Assembly (NCBI RefSeq): GCF_009914755.1
Contig: NC_060935.1
DNA length: 64,000 bases
Reading direction: 5' to 3' (one strand)
Source: the human T2T-CHM13v2.0 reference genome, Homo sapiens
Shown here: positions 1 to 14,227 of the stretch, one piece after another
How positions within the stretch are numbered: position 1 is the stretch's first letter
Layout of the letters: every line of letters begins with the position of its first letter
Translations under genes and position numbers: made by a program
The notes under the pieces: model-generated
The model's database searches: none
Told to the model about the DNA's origin: nothing
What the model saw: only the letters and a program-made list of their open reading frames with translations

Positions 1-1004
1 GAATACCCAGTTCCAAAAAGTAATCAGTAGCTAATTACTGAGCCCCATCTGTGCATTTAGCATTTTCCAAAAGACTAAATGTAACCTTGAAAATTCTCTG
101 TCCATATTAGTAATAACCAGACAGGTACCAGGTAGAAAGAGTAGAATAAACCAAACTCTGCTAAACGAATAAACCAAACAAAAATACCAAAAATATAGCT
201 AATGCTACATAGCAATAAGGCTTCAACATAAGACATAGAGAAGTGTTGGAAGTAAAATCTTTAGGGAAGTCTAGAATAAATTTGTTTAAGGAAAAATGCT
301 TAAAGCATGAGGCAGATTCTGTCAAAAATATCATGATAAAAATTTAAGTACTGACTGTGGTTTATGGAATTCTCCTTTTTTGAAGGTTGATATTTACCAT
401 CATCCTGATAAATGCCTCTTTATAGTCAATTCATTCCTTGTTGGCCCATATCTCCCACCTCTAGTATTTATTGCATAAAGGAATGTTTCTCTGACTACTC
501 ACAGATAAATCTTCTCATTGATGGAGGGTTTTCTCACTACCTATTATGTGCCTATCTAGCCTCAGCCAACAATTTATTACCAGTTTAGAAAGAAGGCAAT
601 GAGGTAAAAGACTGAATTGTTTTTATGGCTGTGTCTATATTTCTTAAAGAGTAAGAACCTTTACAAGAGAAATTCATCCTGGAACCACATGAACCACCAT
701 TCATTTGGAGAAAAAGGAAATTGTTATAAAATATTGAAAACAGAATCAAATTCTATGAGGCTGTCATTCTGTTTTACTACCAGGAACTATTTTAATCCCC
801 ACTCAGTTACTTTCTGACTCTTAACTAGAGTAATGCTGTGAGCCTGCAGATGTGGGTTCCTTTGAACACCACAAATAGTGGCTGGAATCAACACATGCCA
901 TTAGAATACAGGGCCCTGGCACCGTTCTCATTCACTGGAAGCTCCTCTCCAATCAGTATTACATTCAGTGATGTCTGAATTTTTATTTGACTTGAAGTAC
1001 AATA

Positions 1005-1190
1005 TAGTAGTGTAGTGGTAAGAATAACAGAAGAAGAGTCAGAAAACCTCAATTTTAGTCCCAAACATACAAAGTCACATACATTATTAACTCGGACAAG
1101 TCATTTAACATCTCTGTGCCTCATTTTCTCAACATGTATAATGAGAGTTTGGATTAAATGGCCTCTAAGATCTCTTTGTTAGGTTCTATA
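1005..1190 (+). mobile_element. MIR SINE relic
   Basis: MIR core-like GGACAAGTCATTTAACATCTCTGTGCCTCATTTTCTC; boundaries approximate. Confidence 0.65.
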
Positions 1191-1387
1191 TTATTTGAGG
1201 CTGTATTTATAAACCAATACATACCGGTAGGTATCAGCCTGCCTTTGCAACACCACATCCACTATCAAGCACCACATTTTAAGTATTGCCTGCACATGCA
1301 CTTTGACAAGCAGTCTTGAAAGCAAGATATATAGATTGAGACACACCTATTTGGAAACATTAAAGTTTTAACTGTAACAAAATGTGG

Positions 1388-1680
1388 TGATATGGTTTGG
1401 CTGTCTCCCTGCCCAAATCTCAACTTGAATTGTATCTTCCAGGATTCCCACATGCTGTGGGAGGGACCCAGGGGGAGGTAATTGAATCACTGAGGCCGGT
1501 TTCCACTTTTGCTTCTTCCTCATTTTCTCTTGCTGCTGCCGCCATGCAAGAAGTGTCTTTAGCCCTCCACCATGATTCTGAGGCCTCCCCAGCCATGTAG
1601 AACTGTAAGTCCAATTAAACCTCCTTTGCTTCCCAGTCTCGGGTAGGCCTTTATAAGTGGCGTGAAAACAGACTAATAAA
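1388..1680 (+). mobile_element. THE1A 5' LTR (internally deleted by ~64 bp)
   Basis: Aligns to the 3' LTR except for the segment equivalent to 3372-3435. Confidence 0.9.
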
Positions 1681-3258
1681 GTAAATTGGTACTAGTAGAG
1701 TGGGGCATTGCTGAAAAGATACCTGAAAATGTGGAAGCAACTTCGGTACTGGGTAACGGGCAGAGACTGGAACAGTTTGAAGGGCTCAGAAGAAGATAGG
1801 AAAATACGAGAAAGTTTGGAACTTCCTAGAGAGGCTTTGCCCAAAATGCTGATAGTGATATGGACAGTAAAATCCAGGCTGAGGTGGTCTCATATGGCGA
1901 TGAGGAACTTGTAGGAACTGGAGCAAAGATGACTCTTGTGTTTTAGCAAAGATCCTGGCGGCATTTTGCCCCTGAACTAGAGATTTGTGGAACCTTGAAC
2001 TTGAGGGAGATGATTTAGGGTATCTGGCGGAAAAAATTTCTAAGCAGCAAAGCATTCAAAAGGTGACTTGGGTGCTGTTAAAAGCATTCAATTTTAAAAG
2101 GGAAACAGAGCATAAAAGTTCAGAAAATTTGCAGCCTGACCATTCAGTAGAAAAGACAAACCCATTTTCTGGGGAGAAATTCAAGCCAGCTGCAGAAATT
2201 TGCATAAGTAGCAAGCAGCCTGATTTTAATCCCCAAGACCCTGGGGCAAATGCCTCCAGGCCATGTCAGAGACCTTCATGGCAGCGCTTCCCATCACAAA
2301 TTCAGAGGACCAGAAGGAAAAAGTTGTTTCATGGGCCAGGCCGGGGTTGTCGCGCTGTGTGCAGCCTAGGGAATTGGTGCTATGTCCCAGCCTCTTCAGC
2401 CATGGCTGAAAGGAGCCAACGTAACAGCTTGGCTGTGGTTTCAGAGGGTGGAAGCCCCAGGCCTTGGCAGCTTCCATGTGGTATTGGGCCTGCGGGTGCA
2501 CGGAAGTCAAGAATTGGGGTTTGGGAACCTCTGCCTAGATTTTAGAAGATGTACTGAAATGCCTGGCTGCCCAGGCAAAAGTCTGCTGCAGGGTGTGGGG
2601 GGTGTTGCAGGGAGGGGGTGATCATGAAGAACCTCTGTTGGGGAGTGTGGAGGAGAAATGTAGGGTTGGAGCCCCCACACGGTGTCCCTACTGGAGCACT
2701 GCCTAGTAGAGCTGTGAGAAGAGGGCCACCATCCTCCAGACCCCAGAATTGTAGATCCACCGACGGCTTGCATCATATGCCTGGAAAAGCCTCAGACACT
2801 CAATGCCAGCCTCTGAAAGCAGCCCGGAGGGAGGCTGTACCCTGCAAAGTCACAGGGGCGGAGCTGCCCAAGACCATGGGAACCCACCTCTTGCATTGCG
2901 TGACCTGGCTGTGAGACCTGGAATCAAAGGCAATCATTGTGGAGCTTTAAAATTTGACTGCCCTTCTGGATTTTGGATTGTGTGGGCTCTGTAACCCCTT
3001 TGTTTTAGCCAATTTTTCCCATTAGGAACAGCTGTATTTACCCAATACCTGTATCGCCATTGCATCTAGTAAGTAACTAGCTTGCTTTTGATTTTGCAGG
3101 CTCATAAGCAGAAGGGACTTGCCTTGTCTCAGATGAGATTTTGGACTGTGGACTTTTGGGTTAATTCTGAAATGAGTTAAAACTTTGGGGGACTGTTGGG
3201 AAGGCATGATTGGTTTTGAAATGTGAGGACATGAGATTTGGAGGGGTTGGGGGAGGAA

Positions 3259-3913
<655 letters not shown>

Positions 3914-3929
<16 letters not shown>

Positions 3930-4056
3930 TGTGGCTTCACAAAACAGACTAATTAATACATGTGGCTTCACAAAACAGACTAATACATGTGGCTTCACAA
4001 AACAGACTAATTAATACATGTGGCTTCACAAAACAGACTAATACATGTGGCTTCAC
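3914..4056. repeat. Minisatellite, alternating 27/31-bp units (A-B-A-B-A)
   Basis: AAAACAGACTAA(TTAA)TACATGTGGCTTCAC, five copies read directly. Confidence 0.95.
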
Positions 4057-5597
4057 AAATAGCCTTTTAAATTCAAATGAGTAATTACTAATGAATTATT
4101 CTCCAATTGCTGGAAAAATGATCAGGCTTTTGGCATAAATCAATAAATTTCTCCCCTCTTCCCATCTACAGTATAAATGTTAATATGTAGCCACCATCCT
4201 GCATCTCAATGTACAGTTTCTAAGGTTGTCAGCATTGTCAAGCCACAAGTAAGCAGACTTCAGTATCAGGTAGATTTTGTGACCCCTCCCAAAAAAAAAA
4301 TCAACAGAGAGAGACAATCCTATCAATAAACATGTTTACCCTTGACTCAAAAAAAAAAAAAAAAAAAAAAAGAAAAGAAAAGCAAGAAATGGCAATATAA
4401 GGCAAAGCAAGGAAAAGGAATGTGTAATTTTCCCTGTTGTTCTGACTTTCATAATCTCTGATCCTTTTGGTTTTCTGAGGGATCCATACACAGGTGTTAG
4501 ATGATTTTTTTCGGCACTAGAGGATTGTGGTTCATTGTGACTAGATATTCCTACAATAAGACATGTGGCCCAAACGTAAGCCCTGAAGAAGAGGCAGAGT
4601 GTCTGACAAATAACTTGCTCTTTAGGGAAGAGGCAGGTCGTGTGTACATAGCACCATGGGGATGTCCATTAGCGTCATTAGACACACTTCCATAAGTTTA
4701 AGTAGTAGGATATCATAGCTGTAGTATTTCCTGATATACTGAGATTTGTAAGAAGGCATATGAAGGACACTGGGTCCTCTGGCCCTACGGTAGAAAATAA
4801 TTTTACCAATTTAAAAGTATTAGCTTTACTAATGTGTGATTTGAAGCCTTAAAACTGACAATTTTTAAATATCCAGCTTAATGAGTATTGACAAATGTAT
4901 ACCATCGTGTAAACACAATCAAGTTTTAGAACACTTCCATTACCCTAAAAGTTTCCCTCATGCCTCTTTACAGACAATCTCCACCTTCCACGCTCCAAAA
5001 AACAATGATCTGCTGTCACAATGGTTTTACCTTTTTTTTAGAATTTCTGATAAGTGGAATCATCATATGATACTCAGTATTTATGTCAGTCTTCTTTCAC
5101 TTAGCATGTTTTTGAGATTAATCTATTTTACATAAAAATTAATATTTTGATCTCTTATTACTCAGAAAAATTCCACAGTATGTATATGCCAAAAGTTTTT
5201 ATGAATTTACCAGTTGAGGGGTATTTTGGCTCTTTCCAATTTGGGACTCTTATGAATAATGCTGCTATCAACACTCTTGTCAAACTCTTCATGTAAACAT
5301 ATGTTTTCACTTCTCATGGGTAAGCATTACAGGAGGAGTAGCTGGGTCATTTGGTAAGGGCACTTTTAACTTTGTAGGAAATTGTCAAACTGCTTTCCAG
5401 AATGATGTTTTATATTCCCACCAGTAGTATATGAATGTTCCAATTGTTCCACATCCTTGTGCCAATACTTGTAATTTTCAGTCTCCTTAATTTTAGTTTT
5501 TCCAGTGGATATGTAATGGCAGCTCACTGTGGTTTTAATTTTTATTTTGTTAGACCAGTGATGTTGAGCATCTTTTCATGTACTGCTTGCTATTTGT

Positions 5598-5601
<4 letters not shown>

Positions 5602-5632
<31 letters not shown>
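5602..5632. repeat. (TG)15 microsatellite
   Basis: Direct reading. Confidence 0.95.
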
Positions 5633-5637
<5 letters not shown>

Positions 5638-6364
5638 ATCTGTTCAAGTCTTTTGACCATTTAAAAAATTGAGCTATATGAATTATTATTGAACTGTAGG
5701 ATTTTTATTTATACTCTTCATCAAATTTCTTGGTCAGATATTTTTGCAAGTGCTTTCTCCAAATCTGTGGCTTACTTTTTTATTTTTCTTAACAGTATCT
5801 TCCAATTAGCAAGACTTTTAATTTTGGTGAAGTCCATTTCTTCTTTTTTTCTGTCGTAATATGTGCTTTTAGTGTCCAAACTAAGAAACCTTTGTCTCAT
5901 TCAAGATAACAATGATTTTATCCTGTTTTCTTCTTGAATTGTTACCATTTGATCTTTTATATTTTATCTAAACTTTTTAAATTGACAAATAAAAGTTGTA
6001 TATATTTACCATGTACAACATGTTTTTGAAATAGGCATACATTGTGAAATGGCTAATTGGAGCCAATTAACATGCATTATATCATGTATTTATATTTTTG
6101 TAGTGAAAACACTTAATATCTACTCTGTTAGCAATTTTCAAGAATACAATAACATTGTTCTTAACCATAGTCACCGTGTTGCACAACAGGTTTCTTTCTA
6201 AAAGGAATACTTTTATTTAACTGAAATTGTATATGATTCATTTTAACCAATTTTTCTGTAAATTGTGATAAAAGGGTCAAGGTTCTTCGTTTTCCATGTG
6301 GATATCCAATTATCTCACTATTTATTAAATTATTATCATTTTCACACTGAATCACTTCTATACC

Positions 6365-6736
6365 TGTAATTAAGAGATTGACCCCAGTTTTGATGTTTAA
6401 ATGATGACAGCTTTCAAAACTCACCTTCCTGTTCCCCTCCTGTCCCACATCTTAGCAGATGCCAGTGGGAAACTCAAACCTCAAAAAGCCCTACGCTGCA
6501 TGTGGAAACTTTTCCCCAGTGCCATCCCCTAGCCAGTGTAAAGTCTCACCCTACTCTCTCAACTTCACTCAAGCCAGTGTAGACCTGCTTGTGCCTGACC
6601 TGCTCTCCTCAGGAGTGCTTTGTGCCTAATACATTTTCTCCCAAATTATCTTGGTGTGTGAAGTGTCATCATCTTTGACATCCTACCTGTTAATTGGGAA
6701 GGGGCCCATCCACTTCCAGAAAAAGACTATGGAACA
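6365..6736 (+). mobile_element. Probable solo ERV LTR inserted in old L1 (family unassigned)
   Basis: ~370-bp TG...CA block interrupting otherwise continuous L1 sequence; no clear TSD. Confidence 0.45.
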
Positions 6737-7177
6737 TCTTTGTCAGAAACCAGTTGACCGTGTAAATACAGCTCTATTTTGGGATTCTCAATTGTGCTTC
6801 ACTGATTTGTGAATCTGTTCTGTCAAAACCATGTGGTCTTGATTACTGTATCTTTATAATTACTTTTAAAATCACATAGTATAAGGCCTCCAACTTTCTT
6901 GGTTTATTTCAAAGCTGTTTTGCATATTCTGGATCATTTGCAATTCCATATACATTTTAGGATCAATTTGTCAGATTATAAAGAAAATTCTGCTAGAATT
7001 GTGATGTAGATTGTATTAAATTTAGAGAACAATTTTGAAGAAGTCGTTATCTTAATCATATTGAGTTTCTCAACCTGAGAGTATTACATAACTCTCATCT
7101 ATTTAGATATTTAATTTGTCTCAGCTGTATCTTAAAGTTTAAAGTGTGAAGACATTACACATCAAAATTTATATCTA

Positions 7178-7452
7178 GGCTGGGCACAGTGGCTCACTCC
7201 TGTAATCCCAGCACTTTGGGGGGCCAAGGCAGGCAGTTTGAGACTGGCCTGGCCAACATGATGAAACTCCATCTCTACTAAAAATATAAAAATTAGGCAA
7301 GCATGGTAGTGGACACCTGTAACCCCAGCTACTCAGGAGGCTGAGGCAGGAATTGTTGGAACCTGGGAGGTGGAGGCTGCAGTGAGCCAGGATCAAGCCA
7401 TTACACTCCAGCCTGGGCAACAAGAGTGAGATTACATCTCAAAAAAAAGAAA
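7178..7452 (+). mobile_element. AluS-type SINE with a short left-arm deletion
   Basis: Alu consensus match; near-TSD AAAATTTATATCTA (7164-7177) / AAAATATATATCTA (7453-7466). Confidence 0.92.
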
Positions 7453-7879
7453 AAAATATATATCTAAGTCTTCTGTATTTAATTTCATTTCAAGTTTTTA
7501 GTTGTAGCATATATACATACAACCAATTTTTGCATATTGATCTTTTACTCTGTGATCTTGATAAGTCCATTTATCAGTTCCAGTATCATTAGTGTATCCC
7601 CTAGGGTTTTCTATATATTTGACCCTGTCATCTATAAACAAAGACAGATTTACCTCTTCCTTTCTAGTATGCATGCCTTTTTAAAAATCTTTGTCTTACC
7701 TATGGAACTGGCAAGATTTCCCAGGACAGTGTTCAATACAAGCAGTGCAAGTGAATATTTTATCTTGTTCTTAATACTACACAGGAAGCGTTCAGTCTTA
7801 CATCCTTAGATTTATTGTATTCTTTACCCTAATTATTTACCCTTCCCTCTATCTACAAACATTCTTATATAGTCTTATG

Positions 7880-8170
7880 GGCCAGGTACAGTAGATCATA
7901 GCTATAATTCCAGAGACTCGGGAGGCTGAGGGTAGAGGAACACTTGAAGCCAGAAGTTTGAGAGCAGCCTGGGCAACATAATGAGGCCCAGTCTCTAAAT
8001 TTTTTTTTTTAATTAGCGAGGCATTATTATGCATACCTATAGTCTTAGCTACTTGGGAGGCTGAGGCAGGAGCATCACTTGAGCCACGAGCTAGAGACTG
8101 CAGTGAGCTATACTCACATCACCGCGCTCCAGCTTAGGTAACAGAGACAGACCCCAGCTCTAAAAATAAT
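7880..8170 (+). mobile_element. AluJ-type SINE (diverged)
   Basis: Dimeric Alu with J-type GCCTGGGCAACATA and CACTTGAGCC motifs. Confidence 0.88.
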
Positions 8171-8194
8171 AACACTGATGATGAAAAATGTAAC

Positions 8195-8639
8195 TAGTGG
8201 TGTCCTATCACTCTGACTCTGAACTTGGCCATATAATGTAGCTTGGCCAAACATGAATTACATATTTTATTAGATATAATTTAAGAAAAGGTTGGAAAAA
8301 GTGCTTGTGCATTTCCACTTGCTCCCTTGTCCTCTGCCATTTTCATAAAAACATCTCTGGGCTAGCCTGCAAGAAAATGTGGAACAGAGTCAAGTTGTCC
8401 CAGTCATCCTAGCCAAGTCTATCATCCAGTGACCTTCAGACATGAGAAAGCCCAGCCAAAAACAGCAAAACCACCCAGTGAAGCCTCATCTGACTTCAGG
8501 TACATAAGCAAGCCCAGCTGAGATTACCTGAGCCAGGTCAGAGCAGCTGAAGCTCGCAAGCACATTTATTGCTCTATGCCACTGAAATTTTATGATTGTT
8601 TGTTATGCAGCATTATTATGGCACTAGATAACTAATGCA
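8195..8639 (+). mobile_element. MLT1-family solo LTR (old MaLR)
   Basis: MLT1-like 3' end TTTGTTATGCAGCATTATTATGGCACTAGATAACTAATGCA. Confidence 0.7.
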
Positions 8640-10409
8640 GTAGATTAGAAGCAGCCTGTATAAACCCTGTCGTGTTCAATCCAAAAATACTAATTAGTTA
8701 TCTGAAATTCTTCCATACTTCCAAGGCATTAAACACAACCCTGTTCTTTTTTGACTGTTTTCAAAGGGAAAGCCAAGAGCTATTAACATGTCATTTTAAA
8801 GGAATTTCTCATGCTCAGAAGCTACCTGCGATATTATTTAGATTATCCGTGGAAACACATTTATATGTATTGGAGAGTGGGTGGTTGAGGACACCCAGGA
8901 TATGATAATACCAAATAAACTGAACCTATTTTTATATGCCAAGAGTGCTTGTCACCTGTCACATCTCTTTTTCCAGCTTCAAAAGCTGTCTCTCTTCTCT
9001 GTGCTCTACCATGAGAAGAGTGTTGGCAATGGAAATGCAACACTCCTCTTGTGATTCCAATTTCACAGTTGAATAAGGAACATGCATGAGCAGAGAGCAG
9101 GCTAAGAAAGGCATGACAAACATGGCAGATAGGAGAGCCCCGTCACCTATTCTGCATCCCTCTTTCTTCCCATGCTCCTTTCACTTTGTACAAGAAAAAA
9201 ATCAAAAGCAGGCTTCAGGTCCTGATGAGGTACCAACTACAGCCTTTCACTTCCCCAAACAACTAGATTCCAATCAAGCAGAAACATAGGGCTGGTGCCT
9301 CTCTATTTATCTCTGATTGTGTTTCTGCTTTAAGGTTTATTTAAAGAATAAGCTTCTCTTTTAACTCTGTGCAACTGAAGGAGAAAAGGAAGAGAGGACA
9401 GTGAAAGTGACATCTGTTGGCTAGCAGTAATTAAGCAGAGATGTGTGTAGATTCAGGGCTCTAAATGGTCCCGTTAAAGTGTTGATGAGCAGTGAAACAT
9501 CTGATTAAATTTTAAACAGGGATAAATGGGCCAGTCCCACCATAAGATGAAGCTAATGGAGTTGTAGACTGAGCAAATTAAATGAACAATGTGTCAGGGC
9601 TAGTGAAGAGACAAGCTGGCACAAATATGCCTCTTCCAGAGTCTAAACATAGCTTTCTCTATGTGATCACGAAGAAGAGAGATCTTCTTCAAGAACCCCC
9701 TGAGTTTCATAGTAGGTCACTACAGTGGAAAATGCATCAATTTAGATAATAGAATATTAGAGTTTCAGTTCCAGCTCTGATACTATCCAAATGACCTAAA
9801 GCAAATCACATCACTCCTTTGGGCCTCAATTTTCTCAGGCATGAGACAGGGAGTTAGTTTACAGATAGTCTTAAAGACCTAAGAAGCTATTATTTATTTT
9901 TTAAAATTATTTAAATAAAGGTAAAAAAAAAAGTCATATCTATGACAAATCCAGAAATGGTTGACATAGGGATCCACAGAGTATGCACTGCAAAGCTTTA
10001 GGTATCATAGAGATAACTGAATAGATGAGGTGAAGGCCCGTTTGTCTTGGCTTCAGGACTCTATTCTATCAGGAACCCCAGCAGGTTTTTACTCATCTGT
10101 TCTAAGTTTGGGATTCCATGCACTTTTTTTTTTTTGTAACAGTCAAAGATCATGATAGTAAACAAATTTAAAATCACTAGGTTAATTTTTCCTGACCTTT
10201 TATTTTCACAAATTCAAGAGGAATAGGCAAATTTGAAGAGAACACAGGGGTGAGAAGAAAGGAATTGAATAGTGAATGGTACACTGGTGCAACCTTACAA
10301 AACAACCCGTTTTCTGTATTCATTGGGTCAGGAAGACCAGAGATAGAGTGCCTCAGAGTTCTTAATGACAAGACTTCAAAATTTGCAAGGGCACATGAGA
10401 GGTCCCTTT

Positions 10410-10457
10410 ATTATAGGGTAGAAGGATTATAGGGTAGAAGGATTATAGGGTAGAAGG
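10410..10457. repeat. Perfect 16-bp tandem triplication
   Basis: (ATTATAGGGTAGAAGG)x3. Confidence 0.95.
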
Positions 10458-11554
10458 AATTGTGGATTCTTCTTTCACCTCTTAGTTGTGAGAAAACACT
10501 CACATGTCTATGAGTTCATTAGGGTAGAATTTGTAAAGAAAAAAACAAAACTTGAATTTTCAAATTTCAGAAACTACCTTCCCATAAAATAAAGCTTTTG
10601 GTCTGAAAGCAGAGCCTTACCAGAAGTCATAGGTTAGAGATATGGAGGATATGATGTGAACAATTTTTTATCTCACTACCTGACAAAAAATAGAAGATAA
10701 ATCCAGTCTAGCAGGTTCTGGACAGGAACGCGACAGCAGTAAGGAAGCAGGGGAAGTGGTGAGACACATGTGCCCTAGCTTTCCATTCTGGGTCAAAGCC
10801 ATGGGTAGATAATGCTGTTTAAAATAACCATAAGGTTTGCACTAAGAGCAGAACAGTACAGCTCATTGCTTTATTTTCTGGCCATGGACTGGGAAAAATT
10901 CAGTTTCCTTTGAAGAAATACCATGTGCAGTAAGACACTATTCCAAGTGTTAGGCTAAAAAATAGCTAAGAGGTAATTCTAAGAGAAATAATTAAAGATA
11001 GTACCACTAGCCTCCCTCAGCATCCACAGGCATAGATGGTATCTAGAAATTCCTAGGTACTTTCAGTGGAGGAAACAGAAGGTAGCTGAGTGAACAGTCT
11101 AGAGGCCTCTCATGTGGCTGCCTCACGAATTCATGAAGTATCCCCATAGTAGAAGTTGAAGTGTGACATCTCTATCCATGGACAGAATACAAGATTCTGC
11201 CCAGATCTAGACTATCTGCTATGCCAGCCAGAGCTAGTGGTTGAGGGAGCATTATGGGCCCTAATGATGTCATGATAAAAGGCTCTGTTTCACTAACAGT
11301 AAACTTCAACATCAGACTCCATCAGGATGCCCCAAAACCAGATGGATTAAAGGACATCTTTGTGGAACTTACTAAGCATCCCCAAGACACCATAATCAGT
11401 TACACATGGATCAGCAGATCCTTTCCCCCATATGGTCACGAGAATACATATGCACCCACCTACACAAACCCAACAGATTTCCTAGAAAAAAAATAAGTCA
11501 TGGTTGGAAGGCTGGAAACGTAAAACATCCCTCTATTGTCTCCATGTCCGTATA

Positions 11555-11850
11555 GATAACTGCCAACTATCTATCCTTACTTGCACAATCCAAACACATC
11601 TCAGATTTAACACATCCACATTCAAACTCTTGATTTTCCTGGCCTGCTTTGTTCCATCTTCAGGTTTCATTTTCTCATTAAATGACAAATGGCACCCCAT
11701 TAACCTATCCATTCAAACACTTGGGAGATATTTTTGAAACGTCCTTCATTCCTATTCTTAGAAACTCTCAAGAGTTGCTCAATCTACTTCTCTCCATCCC
11801 TGCTGCCACCTTTCCGATTCAAGCCAACATCATCTTTCACCTGGGCTATC
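11555..11850 (+). mobile_element. L2 LINE fragment
   Basis: CATCTCAGATTTAACACATCC and CAAGCCAACATCATCTTTCACCTGG resemble the L2 3' region. Confidence 0.65.
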
Positions 11851-12169
11851 TGCCTTGAAAAATGAAATTGAAGTTTTCTTCAATTTAAATGTGGGCTATG
11901 GGATATCTGGATATACATGGTGGAATATAAAAGTGTGTACATTGCTTTCCTCTCTTCAAACCAGTCTCAACCGATAATTGGGAGATAAAAATGTATGAAC
12001 AAGAAATAACCAATTTTTAAGAGATGGGGAGATATTGGAAGAATAATAAACAGATCAGAGAAAGGCAGTTAGCAAGTGCAGGCAGAGAAGGATGCTGACA
12101 AGAAACAAATCAATTCAACAATTTGTAAACTGTAAACTTCCTGAAAAGCTTATGAGTAGCAGGGGGCAG

Positions 12170-12335
12170 CAGTGGCATGCTGGTAAATGTTTAGCAACTG
12201 GCTCTCCTGGAAAAACAAACAAACAAAAGCACTGAATTGTAGTGTTTGCTGACTTCCATGGTGCAAATATACTCTGGTCAATTTCAAGTTGCTAATGTAA
12301 TGTCACTGAATGCAAAGTTGAGAAGAAATGTACAA
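12170..12335. mobile_element. MER63-like hAT DNA transposon fragment
   Basis: Terminal CAGTGGCATGCTGGTAAATGTTTAGCAACTGGCTCTCC. Confidence 0.6.
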
Positions 12336-12984
12336 ATATTTACATACAGATGGAAAAATACCTAAATAATAGCCATGGCTCACAAAATTTATGATTCATG
12401 CACTTTTTTCCAAGAAGATCCTCAGATATTTGCTCCGTCAAAGCAAGGGAGCAAATCATGAAAAAGAATTCTGAAAATGGTGTTTGTAATTCTGGTTGAA
12501 AGAGGTGGGAAGTCCCAGGAAAACTGCTGTGTAGCTGATTTAAAGAGCAAGTTCAGGATAGAGCAGAAAGTCAAAGGACTCCAGGAGGAGGGCTTGGAAA
12601 AAAAATTAAAAGGAACTCACAGATTCTTTTGTTTAATTAATATTTAATGAAACTATACAATTTGGGTGGAAATTGGACTTGAGAATAAAGAGTTTGTGAC
12701 ATAGGAAATTAAGAGAATGAATAAGTGAGGGACTTACTAACTCTTACTAACATAAATAGCTATGCACAAAAAGGAAGTGTCATCAGTGAACAATACTTAT
12801 GTAATAGGAATAAAACAATGAATATTTTTGCCAATGTTATATACTAAAAGAAAAACATTGAGGGTGGATTGTGATGGTGACATCATCCTCCATAGTTAAA
12901 ACACAATATATAATATCTAAAATTTTAAAATAAATAGCATTATTTAAAATAAAAAAGGTAAGTGCTTAAATTTAACTTACCATA

Positions 12985-13197
12985 TCAGGAGTTCAAGACC
13001 AGCCTGGCCAACATGGTCTACTAAAAATAAAAAAAATTGGCCGAGTATGGCAGCAGGTGCCTGAAGTCCTAGCTACTCAGGAGGCTGAGGCAAGAGAATC
13101 GCTTGAACCTGGGAGGCAGAGGTTGCAGTGAGCCAAGATTTTGCCACTGCACTCCAGCCTGGGCAACAGAGTGAGACTCCATCTCAAAAAAAAAAAA
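12985..13197 (+). mobile_element. 5'-truncated AluS-type SINE
   Basis: Starts at TCAGGAGTTCAAGACC; full right arm and A-tail. Confidence 0.9.
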
Positions 13198-14227
13198 TAC
13201 TCTTCTATTTCATCAATTAACATGAATATACAAATTACCTATTACCAACAGGTCCTGATTCTGTTTTCATAGTCAGATACTAAGAAAAATAATGTATACT
13301 ACGTTTGGTTCTATTAGTAACCTTATTTTACAAATACCCTACAAGTAAATATGTTTAGGGATTTTCTAAACATGAATTACCATGAAAGTCATATAACAAG
13401 AGGATATGAAATGAGAAACATGACTTTTGGGCCTCCCATTTAATCTTCTATGTCTACCCCTAGAGTTTAATGAGCCACTAAACACCTGGGCTGGCACTAA
13501 TATTCATGGCTATAGCAAAACACACCCAGGAACTTTGAAGTATGTCCTGTGAATAGATCAATTTCCCATCTTTACATCTCCATTTTCAGCTATTTGGTCA
13601 GGGACCCTGAGAAGGTGTGCAAGAGAATGTGTTACTCCAGTCATGTGGTGACAAGCAGTGCCATGAGTAACAAATGAGCCCATTATTGCTTTACAGTAGA
13701 GGAGACAGGTTAATCCTTTGTCAAATCACTGAGCACAGTGTCCTCTGCCTTGTTCCAATTACCCAGGAAGTGATGGCACTTTCTCATCCACAGCCTTTCA
13801 ACACCTGCTGACATGTATTTAGGACATTGCTAGGGCTGTGAGTCTTAACCACACCATGCTCACGAATTCTCATGGATAATAAAAGTAACGAAGACACAAA
13901 AGAGACTGAGATCCAATGCTTTCTAGACTCAGATAATACCCATTTTTAAAAATCAGAGGAAACCCTAAGACAAACCGAAAAGGAAAGATTCTTTTTCCAA
14001 ATCAAAATATTTATTTAAATCCAGAAATAAAATAATTGCTGAAGTAGGACTCTTCATAGAACATAGCATATCACCAGTAAACAACATCTTGATTTTACTA
14101 ATGGGGACGCTGATGCCAGGAAAATGCACTGATTTGCCTAAACCAGCTTGTGTCACAATCCCTGTGATAGCTATGCCCTGAAACATCATTTGCCTTTTCT
14201 CATCATTAGCAATTCAGATTCCCTCAT

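Larger units (their letters stand above)
4800..7810 (-). mobile_element. Old L1M (L1MC/ME-like) 3' region with nested insertions
   Basis: Degenerate antisense L1 3'UTR/ORF2 motifs (CATCTTTTCATG, TGATTACTGTATCTTTATAAT); nested L1MA-like 3' end at ~5970-6200. Confidence 0.7.

Noticed and set aside
1708-2994. ORFs in the THE1A internal region (up to 186 aa)
   Set aside because: Fragmented remnants of the MaLR internal ORF; no intact gene
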